This document shows, in pieces, positions 41,583 through 51,841 of a stretch of 64,000 nt of DNA. Origin of the DNA: Phoronis australis (taxonomy: Eukaryota; Animalia; Phoronida); NCBI GenBank assembly GCA_002633005.1, contig NMRA01000514.1:124001-188000 (forward strand). Direction: 5' to 3'. Numbering within the stretch: the stretch's first letter is position 1; each line of letters opens with the position of its first letter. The notes under the pieces are model-generated. The model was given only the letters and a program-made list of their open reading frames with translations. It was not told where the DNA came from and did not search any database. Position numbers and translations under genes: made by a program.

Positions 41583-43558
41583 AAATGCGCTCAAAGAAGT
41601 TGTCATAATTGTTTTATTTACCACAAAAGTTAGTTCTTGTCTGTTTGTTTGTTTTTTAACACCAAGTGCACCTTCTTTGTCGTCGTTGTCGTTTCACTGG
41701 ACTGGCATACCTTTACCCTATTTTGGCAAACGAGGTGGCCTTTAAATTGCCAAAGGTGAGATCAGTTATGTTCTTAGAGGGCGCTACGAGCGCCTGGTGC
41801 ATGGAACCGGGGAATTCCATCCAAGAGTCCATGTTTTCATCCACCATATTCAATTAGCTTAGAGAAAATAAATCAATTCGCAAACGTGTTACATGTAAGT
41901 CTCAGGGAGAACACGGATGTTAAAAGTGTGATCGAAAGATCCTAACTAGATTGTCAAATTTTGCAATTATGTCATCCTCAACAATTTCAGGGTTACAAAC
42001 AACCGTTTTTCCTGGGAACCATCTATGCTCAGTTCTGAAGAGCATTTAAAATGTCGATGGTGTCAGTCACTGTCCGGTAATTTGCAAGGCAACGATCCCA
42101 GTGATTCGTCGTTCGCCTACGGCAACCTGATTTTCTAGAAGAACAAATTCCATACAAAATTCAACATGTAGGAAGATACTAAAATTTTGTAACTTTCTGT
42201 CTCAAATTAAAACTGTTTTCGATAAAGGACTCAAGAAATGTCGTCGATTTTCATGACATGTGGTTTGGCAGTTCTCGGTGAGCCTATTCGTTCTTGAGCC
42301 GTTCTGGCCACCCGGTACTGCAACTGGGGAGACTCCGGTCGACCTCGGGAAAGTCACCTGGCAGTGAGATCGGCTCGACTATGAGATTGATTTTTACGAG
42401 TAAGGGAAAAAAGAAGCCCAGTCGTCACTTGGCAGATTGCTTTTGATGACTGATATTATAAGTTAATGTTTTTTCGTCTAAAATTACCAGTGCACGTGGT
42501 TCCACGTGGACTCTAGAATGCAGTAACGCATAATACACACTTGTGATGGCTAACGAAGTGAATAACCCTCGAGAGTCACAACACTTGTGGTAAAGAATAC
42601 GTTCTCACGCTGGCAACCAGCGCTAATTCAAGTTCACCGCCATCATTGGGTCCAGTGTTCAAACAGTACGGACCTTTTTGCATCTTCTCCTGCGCATGAC
42701 TAGAATGTAGAATTGTGGGAAAGCCTTGCTTGCCGTGTCGCGGCCCAGAGTCATTGGAAATTTTGTCTGGTGCCCACGATTCTTAATTTCCATTAGAAAT
42801 CAATTAGTAGGAAGATGCTGCCGTTGGTTGGTTACGCGGAATGGAAGTATACGTTAGCAACTTGACGTGCTCACGAATATGTATTCGATATTCGATATTA
42901 TGTAACACACCGTCTGAGAAATCTCTCTGATTGTGTACTACAAAGCCAATGTAATGTTTTCTCAAGAAATTTAGATGAGTACGCCAATGCTAACATTAGT
43001 GCGTTTTTCCATCTTATGTAAAAGTCAGTCGCTTTGTGAAATGCGTTAAGCGGACCTAAAGCGTCTTTCATTTATTTTAGTAACCAAGCAAAGCTGTTCA
43101 TGGTGCGTATGGAGACTGGAAGTGAATATCCTTTCATGCGCCTACTCCGAAGTAATGAATAGGGAATAATTTCTTTGCTAATGATGAAGTGCTATCGATT
43201 GCATTGCATACAGTCAAAACACGGTACGTAATTACAAATCTCAGGTGACTGGCTACAGGAAAAAGTAAAGGAAATATGAACTGGAACAAGTTGACTAGCG
43301 TTCGCTGTAACGGGAGAGACCACTTGACAATAGCCACATATATGTAGTAGTAGACAAGGGGGAGCGACAAGTGAGAACGCATCACTGGCAGGCAGCTGAG
43401 GTCCACTTTTCGGCAGTTTGAGTAAATTCTTTTTTTAAATTTCAATGTTTGTGAAGTGTGTTCACGTTTCGTCAACTCCCTGTTTAACTCTTCATTGGTA
43501 ATTGATAACCCATAACCCATAAAGATTTACATATTTGACTCCACACAGGTGCACATAA

Positions 43559-43761
43559 CATGCGCGCACCCAGGGGGGCTCGGGGGGCTCGCGAATCGAG
43601 AAACAAAAAGACCTAGAAAATGAGACAAAAGTCCACTAAACAAACACAAACTCGCAAATCAATGTGCTTCTCCCGTTTTGTTAGTCCGCCCGCTTTTTTG
43701 TTACCAAAAGGTCCACGTCAGGAATTCAAGACCCCCGATATTGAAGGCTGGGTGAGCCATG
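43559..43761 (+). mobile_element. MITE family A, copy 2
   Basis: catgcgcgcacccagg...ggctgggtgagccatg, flanked by CATAA on both sides. The internal aaaaggtccac motif is shared with copy 1. Confidence 0.8.
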
Positions 43762-45614
43762 CATAACACGCACAACAGGGTTCTTTGTGCGTGGTAACAG
43801 TTTTTGTGAGGATCTTCAATCTTTACTTTCATAAGAGGTGACTTTTCAGTGAGCCATGAAAATTTTACATTTATGGCGGAGGTGCCTATGTTTAAGCCGT
43901 CGACAGTATAACGGAGAACCTAATTCTGAGATTTGTGTGACTTTTTTAAATCAACATATTGATCAAAACTGTGCCGAACCCCTTAAATTTAACAGTCCTT
44001 GCAATAAAAATCTAACCTTTTATTTTTTAGTTCTTGTCTTCGGCGCACGTGCGTAATTACGTACATGGTGCGTTTATTCTTCCCATATTTAATAGACAAT
44101 ATGGCGGACAAGTAAAATTTAATTTTGTCAAAATCTCCCAACAAATATAGATACTAAAACAGTGTTAGTCCACTTTAAGCTTGTTTTATGTTGTTATAAC
44201 ACAACCTTTTGTAAAGCGTCCGTAACATGCAGCAACGTAGTTTGCCTTTGATATTTAGAAAACAACTTTGGTATTTTTGTGCGAAATAGGAGAACATTTA
44301 CCGTACTCCGGACACTAATCACAAATTCATATCTCTCCGCTTCAATAACTTGTTACCGATTTGAGCCAACATTATATAATATCTCAAAAGTTCTTAAGTC
44401 CCACATCAATGTGTCATCAATTGCATTCAATACGGAAGAAAAGAAACCATCTTAATTATACATTATGGGTGAGAAAGAACCAGTTTTATAATTTGGAAGA
44501 AAGTCATTATTCTTCAGCCGGCTAAGTACTTGACGCCAAATTATAAATCAAAAAAATTTTGGAAACTCACTGCAATGGCGCCGTTGTCTGGCTTCTTTCA
44601 TGGGACGACTGATTTCCGTGAAAATTCCGCCGCTTCTCCCGAGGTTACCGTACATCAACTCACGGTTACTGGACCATGAACTCGACAACATGAATCTGAC
44701 ACCGCTGTACCTATTATTTTATTTTGATAAATTTGGTACTTTTCAGAAACTATTTTAAGTACCGTGAACTTTTTAGTCTATTTCTATAAAAATGAAATCA
44801 ATAGAAATACCATTTCCTCACACCGGAAGTGATGCCGTACTGACCCAGCTACGAAACTGTCAACCGAGTAAATCCGTGATGAACATTATAGCAAAGATAA
44901 AATTGAATTTCAACGCCTTTTCATTAGTGAAGTTGCTGTAAGTGAGGTGCACCAAGTACGAAAATACAATAATCGACTTGCTAAATATATGTATATGTAC
45001 CTCTATGACGAGATTAATTAAGTTTGTCACACAAAAATTGCAGCCCTGTCTTTCGTTCATTTGAAAATTGTTTGATTAAAAATCGCGTTGCTTCCTGTTT
45101 TCTCAAATACACTTTTGCTTTGCGAATAGACAACACGAGACTGCTGAATCGAGTTAAGATACGTAATTACGGTATTAAGAAAATCTCGAGATGTGGCACG
45201 AGACAAAAACGCAACAGTGGAACAGCGGTAATAACCGGAAAAATTTCTTGTCGACCACCTTCTCGAGTACCACTTTCATTTTTACCCAAACACCAGGTGA
45301 AAAAAATACTGTGACGAAAAATGACAGCTACACTTTATACTGCAGAGAGAAACCCGTAGTTAATTGGTTGGGCAAAGAAACGGATAAAGCCCAAAAAACG
45401 TGTCGAATTCCTAATACATGAAAGAACCTCTTTTCCTAACTTTTTCTTTCCTTGTCCATCTTTTTCTCTCTTTGTACAACTAAATGGATAATTGTTGGCA
45501 GGTGTCACCCCCCAGAATTTACGCCCCTATTTACATACCAAGAAATATTAAACGCTCCTGTTAGTTTGACACGCCCTTCTCGACGATTCCTGTTTCAAAC
45601 CACGATAGGTCAAT

Positions 45615-46126
45615 GGGGGAATCAACCATTGGTCGGACTTCAAAACCACTTGCTCGGACTTCAAAACGAGCCAGCTGGACTGCAAAACCAATTGGTCGGT
45701 GATCAAACGTGTTGTCCGGACTTCAAAACGCGATTGCCTCACACAAAAAAACTAGTTGGCTGGACCCGAAGCACGATGGTTGGTGCTATAGTCACTTGGC
45801 CGGTGATAAAACGCCACGGCCCGACTTCCTAAGAGACTCGCTATGAAAGTCTCGAAGGATTCAAGTGACATCTAGCGTTTATTTTTCGTACCCGTTGGTT
45901 TGTTTTGTTCAAATTCGCCGATTTGTTAGGCCATTGCGTTTGAGCACCGGCCATCCCGTTTCAGGTCTGGCCAACCTGTTTTTGGGTGCGGTCATCTGGT
46001 CTTGAGATACCGGAAATTGCGTTTTCATGTCCGACCACCACCGGCCATTGGATTTTGCAGTCTAGCCAGCTGGTTTTGAAGTCCAGGCAAGTGGTTTTGA
46101 AGTTCGACCAATTAGTGATTTCTCCC
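45615..46126. mobile_element. MITE with ~120-bp imperfect TIRs built from tandem ggacttcaaaacc units
   Basis: attggtcggacttcaaaaccacttgc on the left is the reverse complement of gcaagtggttttgaagttcgaccaat on the right, with 3-4 subterminal ~18-20-bp units per arm. Confidence 0.7.
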
Positions 46127-46268
46127 TTGTAGGTGTGGTATTGAATATTAAGATACATTGAACGCACTCTGGACGATCCAAAGTAACATGAAACTCACTG
46201 GAGGTGTTTTAAAACGTCGAAAGGAAGGAAAGCTTCACAATGGATATAGTGCAACGGTTACATCATGT

Positions 46269-46274
46269 TTTATT
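46269..46274 (-). promoter_or_regulatory. Candidate polyadenylation signal (AATAAA) of the GPCR gene
   Basis: tttatt on the + strand, about 570 nt downstream of the GPCR stop codon. Confidence 0.4.
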
Positions 46275-46840
46275 TGAAACTAACAAGAATTACTCTAATT
46301 AACAAACGTTCAATAATTCACGAACCAGAAAAGCACTTGTATGATACATGCCACGACGAATTAGTGAACTAAAGGGAATACACACATTCCGGGCTGTGCA
46401 CGGGCAATGTGATTTTAACTTAAAAATGCATGGAAATAACAACTGTTTACACAACACATAATCCATTACAACAAAACTAAAGAAGTATATTTGGACAGGA
46501 GTTTAAAAAAACCTACACTTGAACTGCAGCTGGATCCGTTTACCTATTGCATTGCAGCATTATTGTGGTCCATCTAGTGAAATGTGATTTTCGACAAAAT
46601 GAGATCGCGGATGATGTAACCTACGCCCGAAAGCAACGAGCTCGAGACTTGGCTCAAAGGCTAACCAGTCATTTCCCCTGAAATTTGAAAGACTGTCCGA
46701 TGACTGTTACGCGATTGCTCAAATTTTGAACTCAGACTCGACCAAAGCTGCCGGCTTGGTGCCCTGGCTGGTGTGATCGACTGTATTGCAGCCGGATCCA
46801 AAAAGTGTTAAACTGGTGCACGTCCAACACAATTAAAACT

Positions 46841-47968
46841 TCAAGCGTCCTCAAAAGCCCTTAGGTCAGCCATCGATCCCTGTATGCTCCAAGGGCTGGA
46901 AGATCCTCCTAACAGACACCCGCAACACCCATTGGTTTCAGAGATCTCGATGTCCATGAGGTTGTGTTCGTCACCATCTTTATCATGTGAGGTTGATGGT
47001 TTATTTTCTAACTCCGACATAGGGTGAACAACGTTTGTGCCACTGAGGCCACAAAACATATCTGCAATACTACCTAAGGTCATAGAGTATAGATCTTTGC
47101 TACTGTATGCCAGAATAATGGCAGAAAATCCACGAAAACAGCAGAAAAACGATAGAACGCCATCGAATGCAACATTGAATGCCTGCGACGTGATGACGTT
47201 CTCGAGATATGCCCAGGTTGCTGCAGCGGCTAAGACTGCGTAAACGAGAAAGAACGACAAGTATACTGCAAACAATCTATATCCACTCGATAAGATATCG
47301 ACTTTTCTTTCCTCGATATCCTTGCAAGAAACGAGTTTGAGCTCCTGCCCACCAAAAATCGCGGCGCTGGCGAATACAATGCCGCATATAAGGGTGACGC
47401 CTAACGGCAGCCAAAGTATTACCAAACTTTCAGTATTTACCAGAAGTTCACCTAAAGATACGAAACATGGCGAGTTTGGTTGAGACGTGACGACGCCAAG
47501 GAGACCACCCAAGCAATAAACAATAAAGAAAAGGATTAGGGCAAAGACTGACCACACCTCCGTGTCAGGACTCATGGTACAAATTAAGACTGCGATGGAC
47601 ATCATTGTCATTGTCAATAAGGAGGTCACGTTTGCCAACACCAGCAGTAGTTGGCGCGCCTTCAGCATGCCCACGCTATCAGATCCCAAATTCTGTTCCA
47701 GTAGTTCTAGGAGAGGGATGACGACACTTAAGATAAAGTCGGAGCACGACAAGGATGACAAACAGTAGTTGACAAAAGTTGAGAATTTTTTCAGTGCGAG
47801 AATGGTGGGGAAAATAGCCACATGTAATAGACCGGTTACGATAGCAAGGGTTAAGAACACTTTATTGACAATGTTCACTTTATCGATGAGATCCTGAGAT
47901 AAAATGTGGTCATGTGTGTAAGCCTCTTCCGGTGTGGAGTAACACGTGTTTGTGGCCGCATCAGACAT
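46841..47968 (-). CDS. Orphan 7-TM class A (rhodopsin-like) GPCR, single coding exon, 375 aa, with atypical motifs
   Basis: Longest N-free ORF in the window, with seven hydrophobic segments. TM2 NYCLSSLSCSDFILSVVIP matches the class A NxxLxSLAxxD motif, TM3 has SLLTMTMMSI, TM5 has the proline in WLPL, and a helix-8-like YSSKDL precedes an acidic C-tail. The ORF track starts at 47989, but a splice acceptor (tttatgtgttacag|) opens an exon at 47978, so the ATG at 47968 (MSDAAT) is preferred. Confidence 0.85.
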   Translation of the reverse strand: MSDAATNTCYSTPEEAYTHDHILSQDLIDKVNIVNKVFLTLAIVTGLLHVAIFPTILALKKFSTFVNYCLSSLSCSDFILSVVIPLLELLEQNLGSDSVGMLKARQLLLVLANVTSLLTMTMMSIAVLICTMSPDTEVWSVFALILFFIVYCLGGLLGVVTSQPNSPCFVSLGELLVNTESLVILWLPLGVTLICGIVFASAAIFGGQELKLVSCKDIEERKVDILSSGYRLFAVYLSFFLVYAVLAAAATWAYLENVITSQAFNVAFDGVLSFFCCFRGFSAIILAYSSKDLYSMTLGSIADMFCGLSGTNVVHPMSELENKPSTSHDKDGDEHNLMDIEISETNGCCGCLLGGSSSPWSIQGSMADLRAFEDA

Positions 47969-49349
47969 CTTAAACACTCTGTAACACATAAACGAAAATG
48001 TCTCATCGAAAATATAATTTCATGAGGCAGATATAAAATGCACTGCTGCTCGAGTAGAAACACAGGCCAAAATTCATAAAAACAAAGCTTCTTGGGACTA
48101 TTTTGGAGGACTCTTCTGCCTGAAGAACATCTACACTTTTCTTGTGGCTTTATCTTAAGCCATAGCGTATTTTCAGATTGGAGACAGTTCACAAGATTTC
48201 CAGCATTAGCAAAATTTTATGCCCTGCTTTCACTGTACTACAGAGACCCTGTTAGGAAAACTTTGTTCGTGGTTATTCAAAACTAGCAGGGGGTTGCTAT
48301 CTAATACCTTAATCAAGTTGTCAAGCTGTGTTTATTTAATCCGGGTTAAATAAAAAACTTTAATAATGCCCAGCAACAACTACCAGTCAAATCTAAAAAG
48401 TAGATTGTCTGTGATTACACTAACAGTCAGTGGATTCACAACCGTCCGCAAAATCGAAGGACATTTTGCACAACACTTATCTGGAACTCAAATGAATCAC
48501 GCAAGTTTTCGCAAGATAGCGCCACGCACTATAAGTGAATCACGTCTTCCGTCAATGGAACGTAGCTTGACAATATTTTCATTTACGTTATGCAACTGCT
48601 TTAATTTTCAAACACAACAGACTACAGCAAAGACGTTAGGTGGCCAAAGTATCCTAGATCTTGTTTTGGTGATTTTACATGAAATGGGGAAAGCAGCAAC
48701 GTGGCGACTGATCGCGTGAGACCGAACATTAATGACCTCTAGAGGATGCAAAGTCAGTTTCACTTTTTTCTGAAAAGCCTCACATTCGGTTTCATACTTT
48801 GTGCATGGGTAGTCTCCTATGCAACTCGCTGCGAAGACGAAATACCTCTTGGTACACAAGAATTCCATATTGTTACCTAAAAGTCTCTTAATGGTTCCGT
48901 CAGCTGGTTTTGTTGCTGTTTCTGGTAAACCTCCTCCGTGAGAGAAAAATATTCAATTAACTGCACGTCCTCGCTGTATGATGAAGTGAGTCCTTGGCTT
49001 CGAGGTGAACGATTTCTCCAAAGTTGGCTATAATTATTTTCTGAAAGGTACAACAGACACTGAAAAAGCTATGAAACGTGAACAAGTCTTTTTCGAGTTG
49101 ATCGTGGTTGCAGGTTGTATTTTTAATGTAAAGATGTTTAAGATTCCACTGCACTTATGTCTACTAACATGCTTGAATAGAATTTATTGTCCTTGTTACC
49201 TGAACAAAAATGGACACCAGGAAGTAATAACCAGAAATTTTCTGAGCACGTTTCTTGAATAATATCTGAAAGAGTTGAATCAGAGAAGATGTCTCAAATG
49301 GTTGGTGAAATAGCGCGCATCTCCTCCCTATACATGTACATATTTATTC

Positions 49350-51080
49350 AATAACTAGGCCTCCGGCCCTTGTTACAATCAAATCATCAAATACAATAAA
49401 GGTAAGTGTCAAACACTAGAAGTAAACCGAATTCTTCTTCGCTTGAATGCGAAATGAACATATTTACATGTTGACCATATAAGATCTTTTTCCTCCATAG
49501 TCATGAGTCTGTGGAATTTTGTAACATTGGGATTGTTGTAGCTCCATGCAGGCAAATATCGTTTCCTAAGGTCATCGTAGAATGGGCATTCGATAACAAA
49601 ATGATATTCNNNNNNNNNNNNNNNNNNNNNNNNNNNNNNNNNNNNNNNNNNNNNNNNNNNNNNNNNNNNNNNNNNNNNNNNNNNNNNNNNNNNNNNNNNN
49701 NNNNNNNNNNNNNNNNNNNNNNNNNNNNNNNNNNNNNNNNNNNNNNNNNNNNNNNNNNNNNNNNNNNNNNNNNNNNNNNNNNNNNNNNNNNNNNNNNNNN
49801 NNNNNNNNNNNNNNNNNNNNNNNNNNNNNNNNNNNNNNNNNNNNNNNNNNNNNNNNNNNNNNNNNNNNNNNNNNNNNNNNNNNNNNNNNNNNNNNNNNNN
49901 NNNNNNNNNNNNNNNNNNNNNNNNNNNNNNNNNNNNNNNNNNNNNNNNNNNNNNNNNNNNNNNNNNNNNNNNNNNNNNNNNNNNNNNNNNNNNNNNNNNN
50001 NNNNNNNNNNNNNNNNNNNNNNNNNNNNNNNNNNNNNNNNNNNNNNNNNNNNNNNNNNNNNNNNNNNNNNNNNNNNNNNNNNNNNNNNNNNNNNNNNNNN
50101 NNNNNNNNNNNNNNNNNNNNNNNNNNNNNNNNNNNNNNNNNNNNNNNNNNNNNNNNNNNNNNNNNNNNNNNNNNNNNNNNNNNNNNNNNNNNNNNNNNNN
50201 NNNNNNNNNNNNNNNNNNNNNNNNNNNNNNNNNNNNNNNNNNNNNNNNNNNNNNNNNNNNNNNNNNNNNNNNNNNNNNNNNNNNNNNNNNNNNNNNNNNN
50301 NNNNNNNNNNNNNNNNNNNNNNNNNNNNNNNNNNNNNNNNNNNNNNNNNNNNNNTTTTTTAAGTTTCCATAATCCCTTCTAGCTTGTACATATAGAGTTC
50401 GGCAAATGTTTTCTCTCAGTGTTCCAATACTGAATCTAAAATTACATAATTTTTGCCTAACGACAGCTCTCATCTCCCTACAATCAGCGTCAAACCATTT
50501 GGGAAAACTAACTGGGTTATAAGATATGTTCACTTTTGGTTTTAACATGTCTGCAGCACATAATTTAATGGCTTCCATTAAACTTTCTACACTTGAATCT
50601 ATGGTCGAGGGTAAATGACTCTGCACGTCAGCGAGCAACTGATCCACCTCCGGGCTCGACCAGTTTTCTGCATATCTTAGGCTCAACCCCTCGTTCCATT
50701 TATAAACATTTTCATTCTGTTCACCTCGAGCCCAGTTGTTTTGCTGCGTCTTACACATACTAAAAATCAATGGAAAGTGCGCAGTCGATTCACATATTCC
50801 ACCGATTTCAAAACCATCCACACAGTACAATAAATCCTTGCTCATCATGACATAATCAACAACACTAGATCCATTATAAGTTACACATGTTACACTACCA
50901 ATGTCTGCATCTTTCCCTACTCTTCCATGCAGAATTCTTGTCTCATTTCTTTGACAAAAATCTAATAATTCTGTACCTAACTCATTTACCTCACCATTAT
51001 CTTGTGAGGTCCTACAACACAGGCGATCTTCTACATAACCAACACAATCATATACATATTCTAAAGGAACATCGTGAAAT
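49350..51080 (-). mobile_element. 5'-truncated non-LTR retrotransposon (LINE; APE endonuclease type, RTEX/L2/CR1-like); RT region falls in the N-gap
   Basis: The open frame extends upstream of the tracked ORF: RTSQDNGEVNELGTELLDFCQRNETRILHGRVGKD..TCVTYNGSSVVDYVMMS...STAHFP (endonuclease C-terminal half), then the linker PKWFDADC. After the gap comes EYHFVIECPFYDDLRKRY (C-terminal Zn-knuckle-like motif), the stop at 49409, and a short 3' UTR with gggccggaggcc and AATAAA. Confidence 0.88.
49610..50354. other. Assembly gap inside the LINE
   Basis: Run of N. Confidence 1.
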
Positions 51081-51621
51081 AAGATATTTAGTTTTCAAGC
51101 AAAGTGGTTTCCCTGTTTCCATGCATTTGGTTGTTAGCAAAAACCAATTGAAAGATGGAGTTCGTTTGACACTAAATTCGTGGAGTACCGGACAAAGTGT
51201 TGAAAGGGGTTTGCCAGCTCTGTTAAAATTGAGACTCCTGGACACCTGCTGGTGCACTAAAGGGTCTGTTTGGAACAGAAATTATTTTCTGTTCCGGTAT
51301 GGAAATTTCAGACACGTCTTGAGTGGTTGGATAACCCAGTTCATAATTCACGTATTAGGGTAACGGAAATGCTCTTTGCATAAAACAAGAAATGACGCAA
51401 ATCCATTATCTTGACTCTTCAAAGATCATTTGTTTGAAATAAGGGACGAGTCAGAGAGCGATGACTGATGCTTTTACTACATTCGCACATTAATGAAATG
51501 AACAAGTGACGTAACTACTGTTACCTGGCAACTACTATTCAGGCAAAGTATCTACCAGAGCAATGAGCACTTGGAAGTTACATATAAAAAATCACGTGGC
51601 AAAACTGCAAAGTAATTCTAG

Positions 51622-51841
51622 TACAAGATGATCACTTACTTAGAGACGTGGTAGGTTGGTTGCAGACGTTTCGACCTGGTCCTCCATGTTTTTATCAATG
51701 AAAGGCGGGAAATCCCTCATTCGTTGATAAAGACCTGACGGACCAGGTCGAAACGTCTGCAACCAATCTACCACGTCTCTAAGTAAGTGGTCATCTTATA
51801 CTGCAATGCCTCTAGTGACCAATGACCAAACTTTTCTACAG
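51622..51841 (+). mobile_element. Penelope-like palindromic insertion with 13-bp target-site duplication
   Basis: Inverted arms of about 80 bp (~51620-51702 and ~51720-51803), a unique 3' extension to 51841, and the direct repeat AAAGTAATTCTAG at 51609-51621 and 51842-51854. Confidence 0.75.
51718..51764 (+). ncRNA. Minimal type I hammerhead ribozyme motif (U3-A8 core variant)
   Basis: UUGAUAA-A, stem II GACCUG/CAGGUC (51732-51737 and 51744-51749), then GAAACGUC with a palindromic ACGU stem III and a GUC triplet. Stem I is short and imperfect. Confidence 0.6.

Noticed and set aside
45452-45832. 126-aa ORF with GLQN repeats
   Set aside because: It is a translation of the subterminal tandem repeats of a MITE.
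50887-51363. 158-aa plus-strand ORF
   Set aside because: Partly the antisense shadow of the LINE endonuclease frame.
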